NCBI GenBank assembly: GCA_025340205.1
Contig: CP006868.1
Span: 660,001 to 692,000 of the forward strand
Direction of reading: 5' to 3'
Source: Ignicoccus pacificus DSM 13166
GTDB lineage: Archaea > Thermoproteota > Thermoprotei_A > Sulfolobales > Ignicoccaceae
DNA length: 32,000 nucleotides
The notes under the pieces were generated by a model. It made no database searches, had not been told where the DNA came from, and saw only the letters and a list, made by a program, of their open reading frames with translations. Below, in pieces: positions 25,023-32,000 of this stretch. The position numbers were made by a program, and so were the translations under genes. Within the stretch, counting starts at the first letter, position 1. Each line of letters starts with the position of its first letter.

Positions 25023-25946
25023 TTAAAGAGAGCTAGCCACCAAAACTCCCCTCTTCTCCAATGGGGGAGCCAAGTAGGGGTATGGTTTGAAGAACGTTAT
25101 TGAATATTTCCATTTCCTAAGAGCGGGCACCAAGGTGTCCCATATGAGTTCCCCGGAGTAGTCGATAACTATATACTTGAAGTTCTTGAGAGGTGTCAGA
25201 TCCCCCTTCAGGATATTCTTCAGACAACACGATATCCTTATCAAATCACCTTCCTTGATGCCCCAGAAGTCCATCAGATCCTCCAAGGGTATACTCTTTA
25301 CGGTCCCTCCTTTCCTACCCATTTCCTCTTGGAAGGGCGTAAGTAAGAACCTTTCCTCTCCCTTCTTACCAATGAGCGCGTTTAGCGTATCGATGTAAAC
25401 TTCGCTTAAGTCAGCATTCTCTTGGAGCCATTGATAGGCATAGGGATTAGGCTCCAACGAGTAGACTTTCTTGGCTCCTCTCCTAGATGCCCTCAGCGAG
25501 AACTCCCCTACCCAAGCCCCTATGTCAACTATTACCTTGTTCTTCGGGTTTATTCCAAGCGCGAAGTCATAGTTACCGAACACGTATGTTTCTCTTAATT
25601 TAGCAAGACCTTCCAATAGAGAGCCCTTATGGAACCTCACCTTAGGCCATAGTTCAACGAAGAAGTCACTGACCTCCATGTACCTAGAGCCTACCTTACA
25701 CCTTTCGGCATTGCTGACCCAGCCTCCACTAGTGACGAAGTCAGTGATATAGGATATGAGGAGGGCCTCGTCGGCGCTTATGCATCCCTTAAAGCATGCT
25801 GAGCTTAAGCAGACTCTATCTCCATACCACTCTATCCTAAACGTTCCCTCTTCTTCTAGCTTCTTTATCTTGCTTTCGACTATTCTTCTGGTCTCTAACT
25901 TCAAAGACTTCAAGAACTCATTTTTCTTATCTCTCAAGAGTTGCAC
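25023..25946 (-). CDS. FkbM-family SAM-dependent methyltransferase (second copy in the window)
   Basis: VIVDIGAWVGEFSLRASRRGAKKVYSLEPNPYAYQWLQENA. It has an N-terminal domain of about 130 aa that differs from the one at 12069-13166. Confidence 0.6.
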   Translation of the reverse strand: MQLLRDKKNEFLKSLKLETRRIVESKIKKLEEEGTFRIEWYGDRVCLSSACFKGCISADEALLISYITDFVTSGGWVSNAERCKVGSRYMEVSDFFVELWPKVRFHKGSLLEGLAKLRETYVFGNYDFALGINPKNKVIVDIGAWVGEFSLRASRRGAKKVYSLEPNPYAYQWLQENADLSEVYIDTLNALIGKKGEERFLLTPFQEEMGRKGGTVKSIPLEDLMDFWGIKEGDLIRISCCLKNILKGDLTPLKNFKYIVIDYSGELIWDTLVPALRKWKYSITFFKPYPYLAPPLEKRGVLVASSL

Positions 25947-26050
25947 CCTTCCCTGGAACTCGGGGCTAATTTAAATAATAATAGCTTTGATCAAAGACTT
26001 AAGGTTCCTTCCGTGCTCTTTCTAAAACCCATCTCCCTCAGCGGGAAGAG

Positions 26051-26863
26051 GTGGGGCAAGTGCTCAAGTTCGGTAGCTGTAGGAGGCTGTTCCACGAGGA
26101 CTGCGACTATTACGTCGTTCTCGAAGAGGAGTACTGTAAGAAGGAGGAAAACGTATTCTGCTTCCCGGTAATCAACTTCTCGATAGAACCCTTCGGGAAC
26201 ATAGTAGCTGCTGTAGCTACAACCTTGGACTTAAGCAATGAGGGAACCGTCTGCGTCTGTGATAAGGGAGGTTGCGGTAGAAGCGGGACCGTAGCAGCGG
26301 GGGCGCTGGCCTACGCACACTCCGAGTTGCCCTTTTCCCAGTTAAAGAAAATGTTAAGGAACGAGTACGGCCTATTGAAGGAGTGCCCGGAGAAGCCAGA
26401 ACAACTAGAGGCGGTCAGAATGATGTGGGCTGCATTTCACTTTTTCGGAGATGACGGCTTTAGGCTGTTAACTAGAACCACCTACGTCTACACATTCGGT
26501 AAGCCCTCGAGAAACGAGGAGGCTGGCGCTTTCGTGGTGAACGTTACCGATCCTAAGTACGCCAAGAAGGCGAAGTTCTTGCCAATAAGGGTCCTTGGGA
26601 AGAGAATACCATATGGAAGGGAGGCGAGGGTTACGATCAACTCCAAGGAGTTAAGGAGGTACATGGGAATTAGAGGCTCTATAATTCTAGACGAACTGGA
26701 GCGCGTTAGAACCGAAGGAAAGGTCGTCAGACTAGAAGAGCTGACGCCGGACGAGGTCTTGGGTTACGCCCTATCCTATTCGATATTGGAAGGGATGGCC
26801 TTCAAGACGTTGAACCCTGAAGAAGGATTGGTCCTCTTAACCAAATCTCTACTCTTCGATTAA
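26051..26863 (+). CDS. hypothetical protein with a PTP/DSP-like P-loop and an unrecognised C-terminal domain
   Basis: 270 aa with a GTG start. VCVCDKGGCGRSGTVAAGALAY (P-loop DNA at 26252-26290) resembles the V-H-C-x-G-G-x-G-R-S-G-T loop of Cys-dependent protein phosphatases, but the register differs (see findings). Confidence 0.35.
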   Translation: MGQVLKFGSCRRLFHEDCDYYVVLEEEYCKKEENVFCFPVINFSIEPFGNIVAAVATTLDLSNEGTVCVCDKGGCGRSGTVAAGALAYAHSELPFSQLKKMLRNEYGLLKECPEKPEQLEAVRMMWAAFHFFGDDGFRLLTRTTYVYTFGKPSRNEEAGAFVVNVTDPKYAKKAKFLPIRVLGKRIPYGREARVTINSKELRRYMGIRGSIILDELERVRTEGKVVRLEELTPDEVLGYALSYSILEGMAFKTLNPEEGLVLLTKSLLFD

Positions 26864-26904
26864 GAGTTGGTTTTACCCTCTCCCTCCCGCACTTCTTGGG
26901 TGTT

Positions 26905-27774
26905 ATGCTTCCCTTGAGGATCTTGGTTCTCCATGGCGGGACCGGATGGAAAGAGATTAAGGAGAGGGCTGTATTTGAAATAGAGAGGTGTGCTGAGGAG
27001 GGGTTTGGGTTCGACAGTGCCCTCGATGCCGTGGTCGAGGCCGTAAGATGTATGGAGGACTCGGGGGCCTTCAACGCCGGTAAAGGAGCCGTCTATGATC
27101 TCTTGGGGAATAGGTCTCTCGATGCCGGCGTCTCCTTTAAAGGAAAAATAGGAGCAGTTGCTAACGTTAGCGCCACTAGGAACGCTATACTGCTAGCGAG
27201 ATACGTTATGGATCTACCTCCCCACATGATCTCCGGTCCTCAAGCGGATGAGATAGCGAGACTCCTAGGTCTACCTCCCCTTCCTCCATTGGATGAAGAG
27301 AAGAGAAAAAAGTACGAAGAAGACATTAGAAAGGTACTAGGCTATATTCCCAAAGAACTTAGCTTAGACTTGCTGAGTTTCTTCAAGGGTAAGGAAGAAG
27401 GGTCTGGCACCGTGGGAGCCGTCGCTTTGATCGACGGGGAGTTAGCAGCTGCGACCAGCACGGGCGGAATAAGACTGAAAATGCCGGGGAGAGTGGGGGA
27501 TTCCCCGATCTACGGGGCAGGGTTCTATAGCGATGAAGTCATCGCTTGCTCTGCCACCGGTATAGGTGCCAAGATAGTGAAGTTCATGCCTTGTCTTAAG
27601 CTTGCAGAGGCAGTAAGGAAAGGGAGAGGTCTCAAGGAAGCGGGTAGGGAGATTGTGAAAGCGTCCAAGGATATGCTCGGTCCTTCAATGGGTCTTATTG
27701 CAGTATCCTCTAAGGGAGAGGTATTCTGGGGAACTAACTATAGGAAGATGTTGGTGTCAATGAAGGTTGAATAA
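26905..27774 (+). CDS. isoaspartyl peptidase / plant-type L-asparaginase (Ntn hydrolase)
   Basis: ILVLHGGTG..., NAGKGAV..., and the autoprocessing site G|TVGAVALID followed by TSTGG and GDSPIYGAG. I prefer the ATG at 26905 to the upstream in-frame TTG at 26896. Confidence 0.85.
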   Translation: MLPLRILVLHGGTGWKEIKERAVFEIERCAEEGFGFDSALDAVVEAVRCMEDSGAFNAGKGAVYDLLGNRSLDAGVSFKGKIGAVANVSATRNAILLARYVMDLPPHMISGPQADEIARLLGLPPLPPLDEEKRKKYEEDIRKVLGYIPKELSLDLLSFFKGKEEGSGTVGAVALIDGELAAATSTGGIRLKMPGRVGDSPIYGAGFYSDEVIACSATGIGAKIVKFMPCLKLAEAVRKGRGLKEAGREIVKASKDMLGPSMGLIAVSSKGEVFWGTNYRKMLVSMKVE

Positions 27775-27787
27775 AAAGACTCTCGGA

Positions 27788-28336
27788 TTAGACGGGTAGG
27801 ACTTGGCGTCCGGCGGCGTCGTTTATGAGCAAGGCTGCCGAGGTGTAAATCGCCGAAAGCCCTGTTAGCACGCCTTCGGCACCGGCTACCCTCAGTATAG
27901 CCTTACTTCCTGTGGCAAAAGCCGCCGAGAGCAAGAAGAACAGTATAATTAGTAAGAATAGTACCGCAGTAACAGCTCTGGCCTTGCGAAGCCACGAAGC
28001 TATAGTTAGGTAAGCGGTGAAGATGCCCCACATCGCCATCCACGCGGCTAGCTCTCCGGGACTGGTCTTCAGTCCCAGAGTGTTGAGCAAGGCAAAGCCT
28101 ATCCAGAAGAGGCCATAGGAAGTGAAAGCGGTCCCACCAAACATGTTCTTTCTCCTAAATTCGATGATACCCGCGATCACTTGGGCCAGTCCGCCGTATG
28201 CGAAGCCGTAAGCGACGGTGAAGCCGGCCGAAGGTATGACTCCCATGTTATATAGGTTCAACACGACTGTGGTCAGACCGAAGCCGGCCAGGCCTAAGGC
28301 TGCTGCATCAGCCCAAGTTTCTTCGTTGTCCGCCAT
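27788..28336 (-). CDS. GPR1/FUN34/YaaH (SatP) family acetate/succinate channel
   Basis: 182 aa with six TM helices. ...ALGLAGFGLTTVVLNLYN... and ...FGGTAFTSYGLFW... are the family signatures. Confidence 0.8.
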   Translation of the reverse strand: MADNEETWADAAALGLAGFGLTTVVLNLYNMGVIPSAGFTVAYGFAYGGLAQVIAGIIEFRRKNMFGGTAFTSYGLFWIGFALLNTLGLKTSPGELAAWMAMWGIFTAYLTIASWLRKARAVTAVLFLLIILFFLLSAAFATGSKAILRVAGAEGVLTGLSAIYTSAALLINDAAGRQVLPV

Positions 28337-28596
28337 GACTATTCGCCTTCCTCACAAGAATACCTAGTTACTGTGCTCATAAAGATTTTTCATTTTGGAA
28401 CATCATTAATTATAGAATTATCTGAATAGTTAGTTAGCCATTGCTCATGCTTTCGACTTGTGCCTACATAAAAGTGTAGATTAGGGTTACCTAATGCACA
28501 CCGTATCTTTTAGCTTTGTTAATTATCATTTTTCTACTCGTATGAGAGCTTCTAGCCAGGTTATTGTTGTTGAAGTTGAAAATTAGGAAAGGAGCT

Positions 28597-28684
28597 TGGC
28601 GCCGGGGGCGGGATTTGAACCCGCGCGGGGTTTCCCCCACCGGCTTAGCAGGCCGGCGCCCTAACCAGGCTAGGCGACCCCGGC
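28597..28684 (-). tRNA. tRNA-Ser (anticodon GCU), CCA encoded
   Basis: Folded by hand. Acceptor GCCGGGG/CCCCGGC, anticodon stem CCGGC/GCCGG with loop CU-GCU-AA, long variable arm UGGGGGAAACCCCGC, T arm GCGGG-UUCAAAU-CCCGC, discriminator G, then genomic CCA. Confidence 0.9.
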
Positions 28685-28705
28685 GGGTGTGACTTCAAGG
28701 TAGCC

Positions 28706-28714
28706 TTTTTAAAT
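28706..28714 (-). promoter_or_regulatory. TATA box for tRNA-Ser
   Basis: The minus strand reads ATTTAAAAA, 22-30 nt upstream of the tRNA 5' end at 28684. Confidence 0.4.
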
Positions 28715-28814
28715 CTTTTCTAATGTTAACGGTCATCTAAGTCGATAAGAATCCATAGAGGTTCGGGAGAACCCTAAATACTCTCACTGTACTCCCAGTA
28801 CTGGTAGCAGCATC

Positions 28815-31800
28815 ATGAAGCTTAGGGTAATGATATTACTAATGACATTGACCTCCTTGGCCTTCGCTATCAACTACAGCAACCTAACAATGTCAGTGGC
28901 GTTGCAGAACTTGGTGCCCTTGCAACCAATTCAATTGAAATCGTCATACGCCGCTATTAAGGCTCTCAAACTAATGAACGTGACATTACCTTCTAACTTG
29001 ACATCTCAGATAGTCCTCGTCACCAAAGAGGCAATAGAACAAGGACTTTACGATCAAGCTGCTTACGGAGTGGCCTCGCTGGCGATGCTAGGTGCTAAGT
29101 GTACTAATCCCACCTTTGTGAAGCTCCTCGATCAAGTAATTCAGAGCAACGACGTATTAGCTAAGCTCGTCGGTTTAGAGGCAATGAGCATAGCCAACTG
29201 TACTGTAAGTGATACGTTATTCAATCAAATAATAAGGGAGGCCGACGCTAAGGCGAGGTCTCTTATAGGAGTTGACAACGACGCGGTCGCTGAAATATAC
29301 TATCATCTACTCCTATTGAGGGTACATGACCCGCAGCTAAGGTCATGGGCTAAGAGAATGGTAATGGCATACGCGGTCCTGTCGACCAACTTCCAGAAGT
29401 CCTTAGCTGAAGTTCACAAACTCGTCCCAGAAGCCGTGTTCACACCAACGGGCTTCGGCTGGCTAGTAGATGCCTTGGCCATCGTAGGAGCTCCAGAGGC
29501 CCAAGTAGGATTAAACCTACTGCTTGACAACCCTCCAGCTAGCGTCCTACCAGCGCTGGTCCAGTTAAGGGTCCTTACAATGTCCAACTTACCTAAAGGA
29601 TACGTACTTCTAACCACCACAGAGTACAAGACGCTTACTTTAATAAAGAGAATCACACTAACTACTACGTCCCTAGAGTACAAGACTATTACATTCAATA
29701 AGACGGAACTCCTTCCCGTGACTAAGAGCTTTACCACTATTATAACAACAACCAAATTCATAGTGTTCCCAGTTGCAATTACTGTACCTTACACGGAAGG
29801 ACTGGCTTACAAGGTGATAAGCCCTAAGAACGCTACCGCCATTTCACTACCATTAGTGACTAGCGTCGTCGTTAAGGAACCAAAGTACAACTTCACTACG
29901 ACCACCTACATCCAGATACCTTTGCCTATAGTCAATAACTTAAAGGAAACTATAGCCACGTTAACTATAACTAACAAAGGAAGGATCTATGTAGTTGTGC
30001 TAGGTGTAGGGAATTTCGTGAAGACGCTCACCAACACGGTCACACTCTTCATCTCGACTACTATATACTCTACCATAACCTCAATAACCACTTCGACGTT
30101 CATTAAGACCATAGTTAACACAGTAACTACTGTAATAACATCACTAATAACAACTACCAGCGTCCTAACCAAAACAGTAACGACCACCGTAACACAGTTG
30201 AAATTCTTATTGGCTACAACCACCACTACGCTGCTTAAGACGGTAACTCAGACGCTGACCGAAACCTTGACCTCGATAGTGACTACTACGTTTAGCACTA
30301 CCTTAACCAGTATCAGTACCATAGTAACAACAACAACTAAGGTCATAACAAGCGTCCTAACTAGCACAATAACGCACATACTCTCATTAGTAAAGACCAC
30401 CACTCAGACGTTAATTAAATCAATAACCTACAGCACAACACTAACTTCATACATAACCAAGTTAAAGACGCTAACGTATTACATAACTAAGACTCTAACG
30501 CTAACTAACAACATAACCACAACAAAGTTAGTCCCAGTAACTAGGATAGTGACAGCTACGTCTACGCTGACTAAGACCTTAACTCTGGTGAACACTACAA
30601 CAGTAACTAACATGGTAAAGGTGATATCAAGTACCACTGTAGTGAAGCCAGTAACCGTAACGTCAGTAAAAACTGTATTAATGACGGTAACTACAACTAC
30701 CCCAACGACGATAACAAGCGTGATCACCAAAACTTACTATTCTACTATAACCCAAACAGTTACCAATAACTTGACCATAACGAGGATAGTCCCAGTTACG
30801 GAAACGCTCACATCCATAGTGACGAGGAACATAACTACCACCTTGACTAAAGTGCTGAAGTTTACCTATACTAGCACGGTTGAGAAGCCCGTCACCGTTT
30901 ACTCGACTGTCAGCGCCTTAGTGACACTGCTCAAGACGATCTATAGTACCATAACCGAAGTAACTCCCGTTGCAGTAACCACTACAGTGACTAACGTACT
31001 TACTAAGGTGTTAACCAGTACCGTAACCACCACGTTTACCTCTATATCTAAGATAGTCAGCACCTTGGTCCTTCCAATTAAGAGCGTAATCACTAAGACA
31101 GTAACCAGCACTGTATTAATGCCCGTCACAAAGACTGTAGTAAGTAAAGAAATCGTCCCAGTAACGACCACAGTAATGGTTCCTAAGACGGTAACTTACA
31201 GTACTACCTACACTAAAGTCGTGATAGAGAATCGCACGAAGATAATTCCTGTAACGACCTCTACAGTATTGTACAAGACTCTGACGACAACTTACGTAAC
31301 CACTTCGACGGTGACTCAGGTTGTGCCATTAGTGGTAAGCACATCTAAGGAGATCACACTCACAAAGGTACTAAGAGTTACCTCCACCGTAACTAAGCTG
31401 ATAAGAGTACCAACGACCGTAACGTTCAAGACCACGATAATAAAGACGGTACAAGAGACGCTCACGAAGACCTTAGTAAGCACAATAACCTCAACCGTAC
31501 TCGTTCCAATGAAGTTAGTTACTACATTGATCAGCACAGTAAAGGTGACGGTATCCAAGGTCGGATTACTACCCATATTCAAGACAATCACAGAAACGAG
31601 CAGCACGACAGTAACTGTTACCACACCTACGACGTTGATGATAACAAGTACCAAGATTCTCTTCAAGACGCTTACCACAACAGTAGAGAAGTTAGTATCT
31701 GCAATTAGTACCGTAACGAAGACTATACTTAACGTCATAAAGCTTGTAGTGACAACGACTAACAACGTCGAAAGAGTAGTCCCAGTGATCAAGACTCAGA

Positions 31801-32000
31801 CTTACACGACGACCCTTACTACCTTCTCCACTATAAACGTAACCAAGACGATTACGTATACCAAACTCCTCACTACAACTCTCATTAGTCCCCTGACTCA
31901 GAGGGTAACCACTACCTTGACGTACACCTCAATAATAGTAGAGCCTATGCTAGTGCCAAAGACTAAGACATTAACCGTTACCAAGGTTCTGGTGAAGACG
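28815..32000 (+). CDS. giant secreted or surface protein, extremely Thr-rich; 3' end beyond the window
   Basis: This ORF is absent from the ORF track because it has no stop in the window. I translated it by hand from the ATG at 28815 to nt 32000, which gives 1,062 codons with no stop. It begins with a signal-peptide-like MKLRVMILLMTLTSLAFA. About 260 aa of ordinary helical-repeat sequence follow, then T/V/I/K/L/S-dominated sequence. TAAATA at 28775-28780 lies 35 nt upstream. Confidence 0.75.
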   Translation, partial: MKLRVMILLMTLTSLAFAINYSNLTMSVALQNLVPLQPIQLKSSYAAIKALKLMNVTLPSNLTSQIVLVTKEAIEQGLYDQAAYGVASLAMLGAKCTNPTFVKLLDQVIQSNDVLAKLVGLEAMSIANCTVSDTLFNQIIREADAKARSLIGVDNDAVAEIYYHLLLLRVHDPQLRSWAKRMVMAYAVLSTNFQKSLAEVHKLVPEAVFTPTGFGWLVDALAIVGAPEAQVGLNLLLDNPPASVLPALVQLRVLTMSNLPKGYVLLTTTEYKTLTLIKRITLTTTSLEYKTITFNKTELLPVTKSFTTIITTTKFIVFPVAITVPYTEGLAYKVISPKNATAISLPLVTSVVVKEPKYNFTTTTYIQIPLPIVNNLKETIATLTITNKGRIYVVVLGVGNFVKTLTNTVTLFISTTIYSTITSITTSTFIKTIVNTVTTVITSLITTTSVLTKTVTTTVTQLKFLLATTTTTLLKTVTQTLTETLTSIVTTTFSTTLTSISTIVTTTTKVITSVLTSTITHILSLVKTTTQTLIKSITYSTTLTSYITKLKTLTYYITKTLTLTNNITTTKLVPVTRIVTATSTLTKTLTLVNTTTVTNMVKVISSTTVVKPVTVTSVKTVLMTVTTTTPTTITSVITKTYYSTITQTVTNNLTITRIVPVTETLTSIVTRNITTTLTKVLKFTYTSTVEKPVTVYSTVSALVTLLKTIYSTITEVTPVAVTTTVTNVLTKVLTSTVTTTFTSISKIVSTLVLPIKSVITKTVTSTVLMPVTKTVVSKEIVPVTTTVMVPKTVTYSTTYTKVVIENRTKIIPVTTSTVLYKTLTTTYVTTSTVTQVVPLVVSTSKEITLTKVLRVTSTVTKLIRVPTTVTFKTTIIKTVQETLTKTLVSTITSTVLVPMKLVTTLISTVKVTVSKVGLLPIFKTITETSSTTVTVTTPTTLMITSTKILFKTLTTTVEKLVSAISTVTKTILNVIKLVVTTTNNVERVVPVIKTQTYTTTLTTFSTINVTKTITYTKLLTTTLISPLTQRVTTTLTYTSIIVEPMLVPKTKTLTVTKVLVKT

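Noticed and set aside
25941-26171. A 76-aa plus-strand ORF across the 25947-26050 spacer.
   Set aside because: It is out of frame with the better 26051-26863 ORF and overlaps it. It spans an AT-rich divergent promoter region (TAATTTAAATAATAATAG).
28337-28596. An AT-rich 260-nt spacer downstream of tRNA-Ser, and the block downstream of tRNA-Asp, considered as remnants of tRNA-targeted integrated elements.
   Set aside because: I found no duplicated copy of either tRNA 3' half (no att-like direct repeat). There is no integrase or other mobility gene anywhere in the window.
29414-31792. Five long minus-strand ORFs (29414-29761, 29987-30226, 30479-30730, 30941-31171, 31316-31792) encoding Val/Thr-rich proteins.
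   Set aside because: They are mirror images of the plus-strand ACN (Thr) codons, which read as NGT (Val) on the opposite strand. Their composition is implausible. The plus-strand frame is continuously open for 1,062 codons and has a signal peptide.
1-32000. A search for CRISPR arrays, IS elements, long tandem or inverted repeats, inteins and recoding sites.
   Set aside because: No regularly spaced direct repeats, no transposase- or integrase-like ORFs and no interrupted conserved genes were seen. The only repeat-like region is the degenerate, protein-level repetition inside the Thr-rich giant ORF.

Overview
This is a 32-kb chromosomal window from an archaeon, most likely a hyperthermophilic crenarchaeote or other TACK-type organism. 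The evidence is a thermosome, ribosomal protein L40e, a C/D-box sRNA, BRE/TATA promoters about 30 nt upstream of starts, AGG/AGA/ATA-rich codon usage, and many 4-8 nt start/stop overlaps. I cannot name the species. Most of the window is housekeeping: a trmI 3' end, an L40e/translin/Nip7 gene string, an RNase P RNA candidate, tRNA-Asp and tRNA-Ser, ilvC, a thermosome, an RlmI-like methyltransferase, a CDP-alcohol phosphatidyltransferase, an asparaginase and a SatP-type channel. I saw no CRISPR array, transposase, integrase or long exact repeat. Five things stand out. (1) A signal-peptide ORF starts at 28815 and is still open at the window end after 1,062 codons; most of it is a hyper-threonine T-x-T sequence that I cannot assign to a family. 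(2) A tightly overlapping four-gene operon (19951-22998) pairs a CitG-like enzyme with a Pol-beta-type nucleotidyltransferase and a Cys-rich small protein, with no citrate lyase or malonate decarboxylase genes nearby. (3) A CcmC haem-handling protein appears to be fused to a CcmE-like domain carrying the variant CxxxY motif. (4) An AT-rich envelope-modification cluster (7046-15454) holds a giant MMPL/RND-like protein, an MFS transporter, an FkbM methyltransferase and a carbamoyltransferase with a large insertion. (5) A 1.4-kb protein-poor stretch (3469-4869) holds a compact RNase P-like RNA and a C/D-box sRNA with a 10-bp GC clamp. All family assignments come from motif recognition by eye and need database confirmation.
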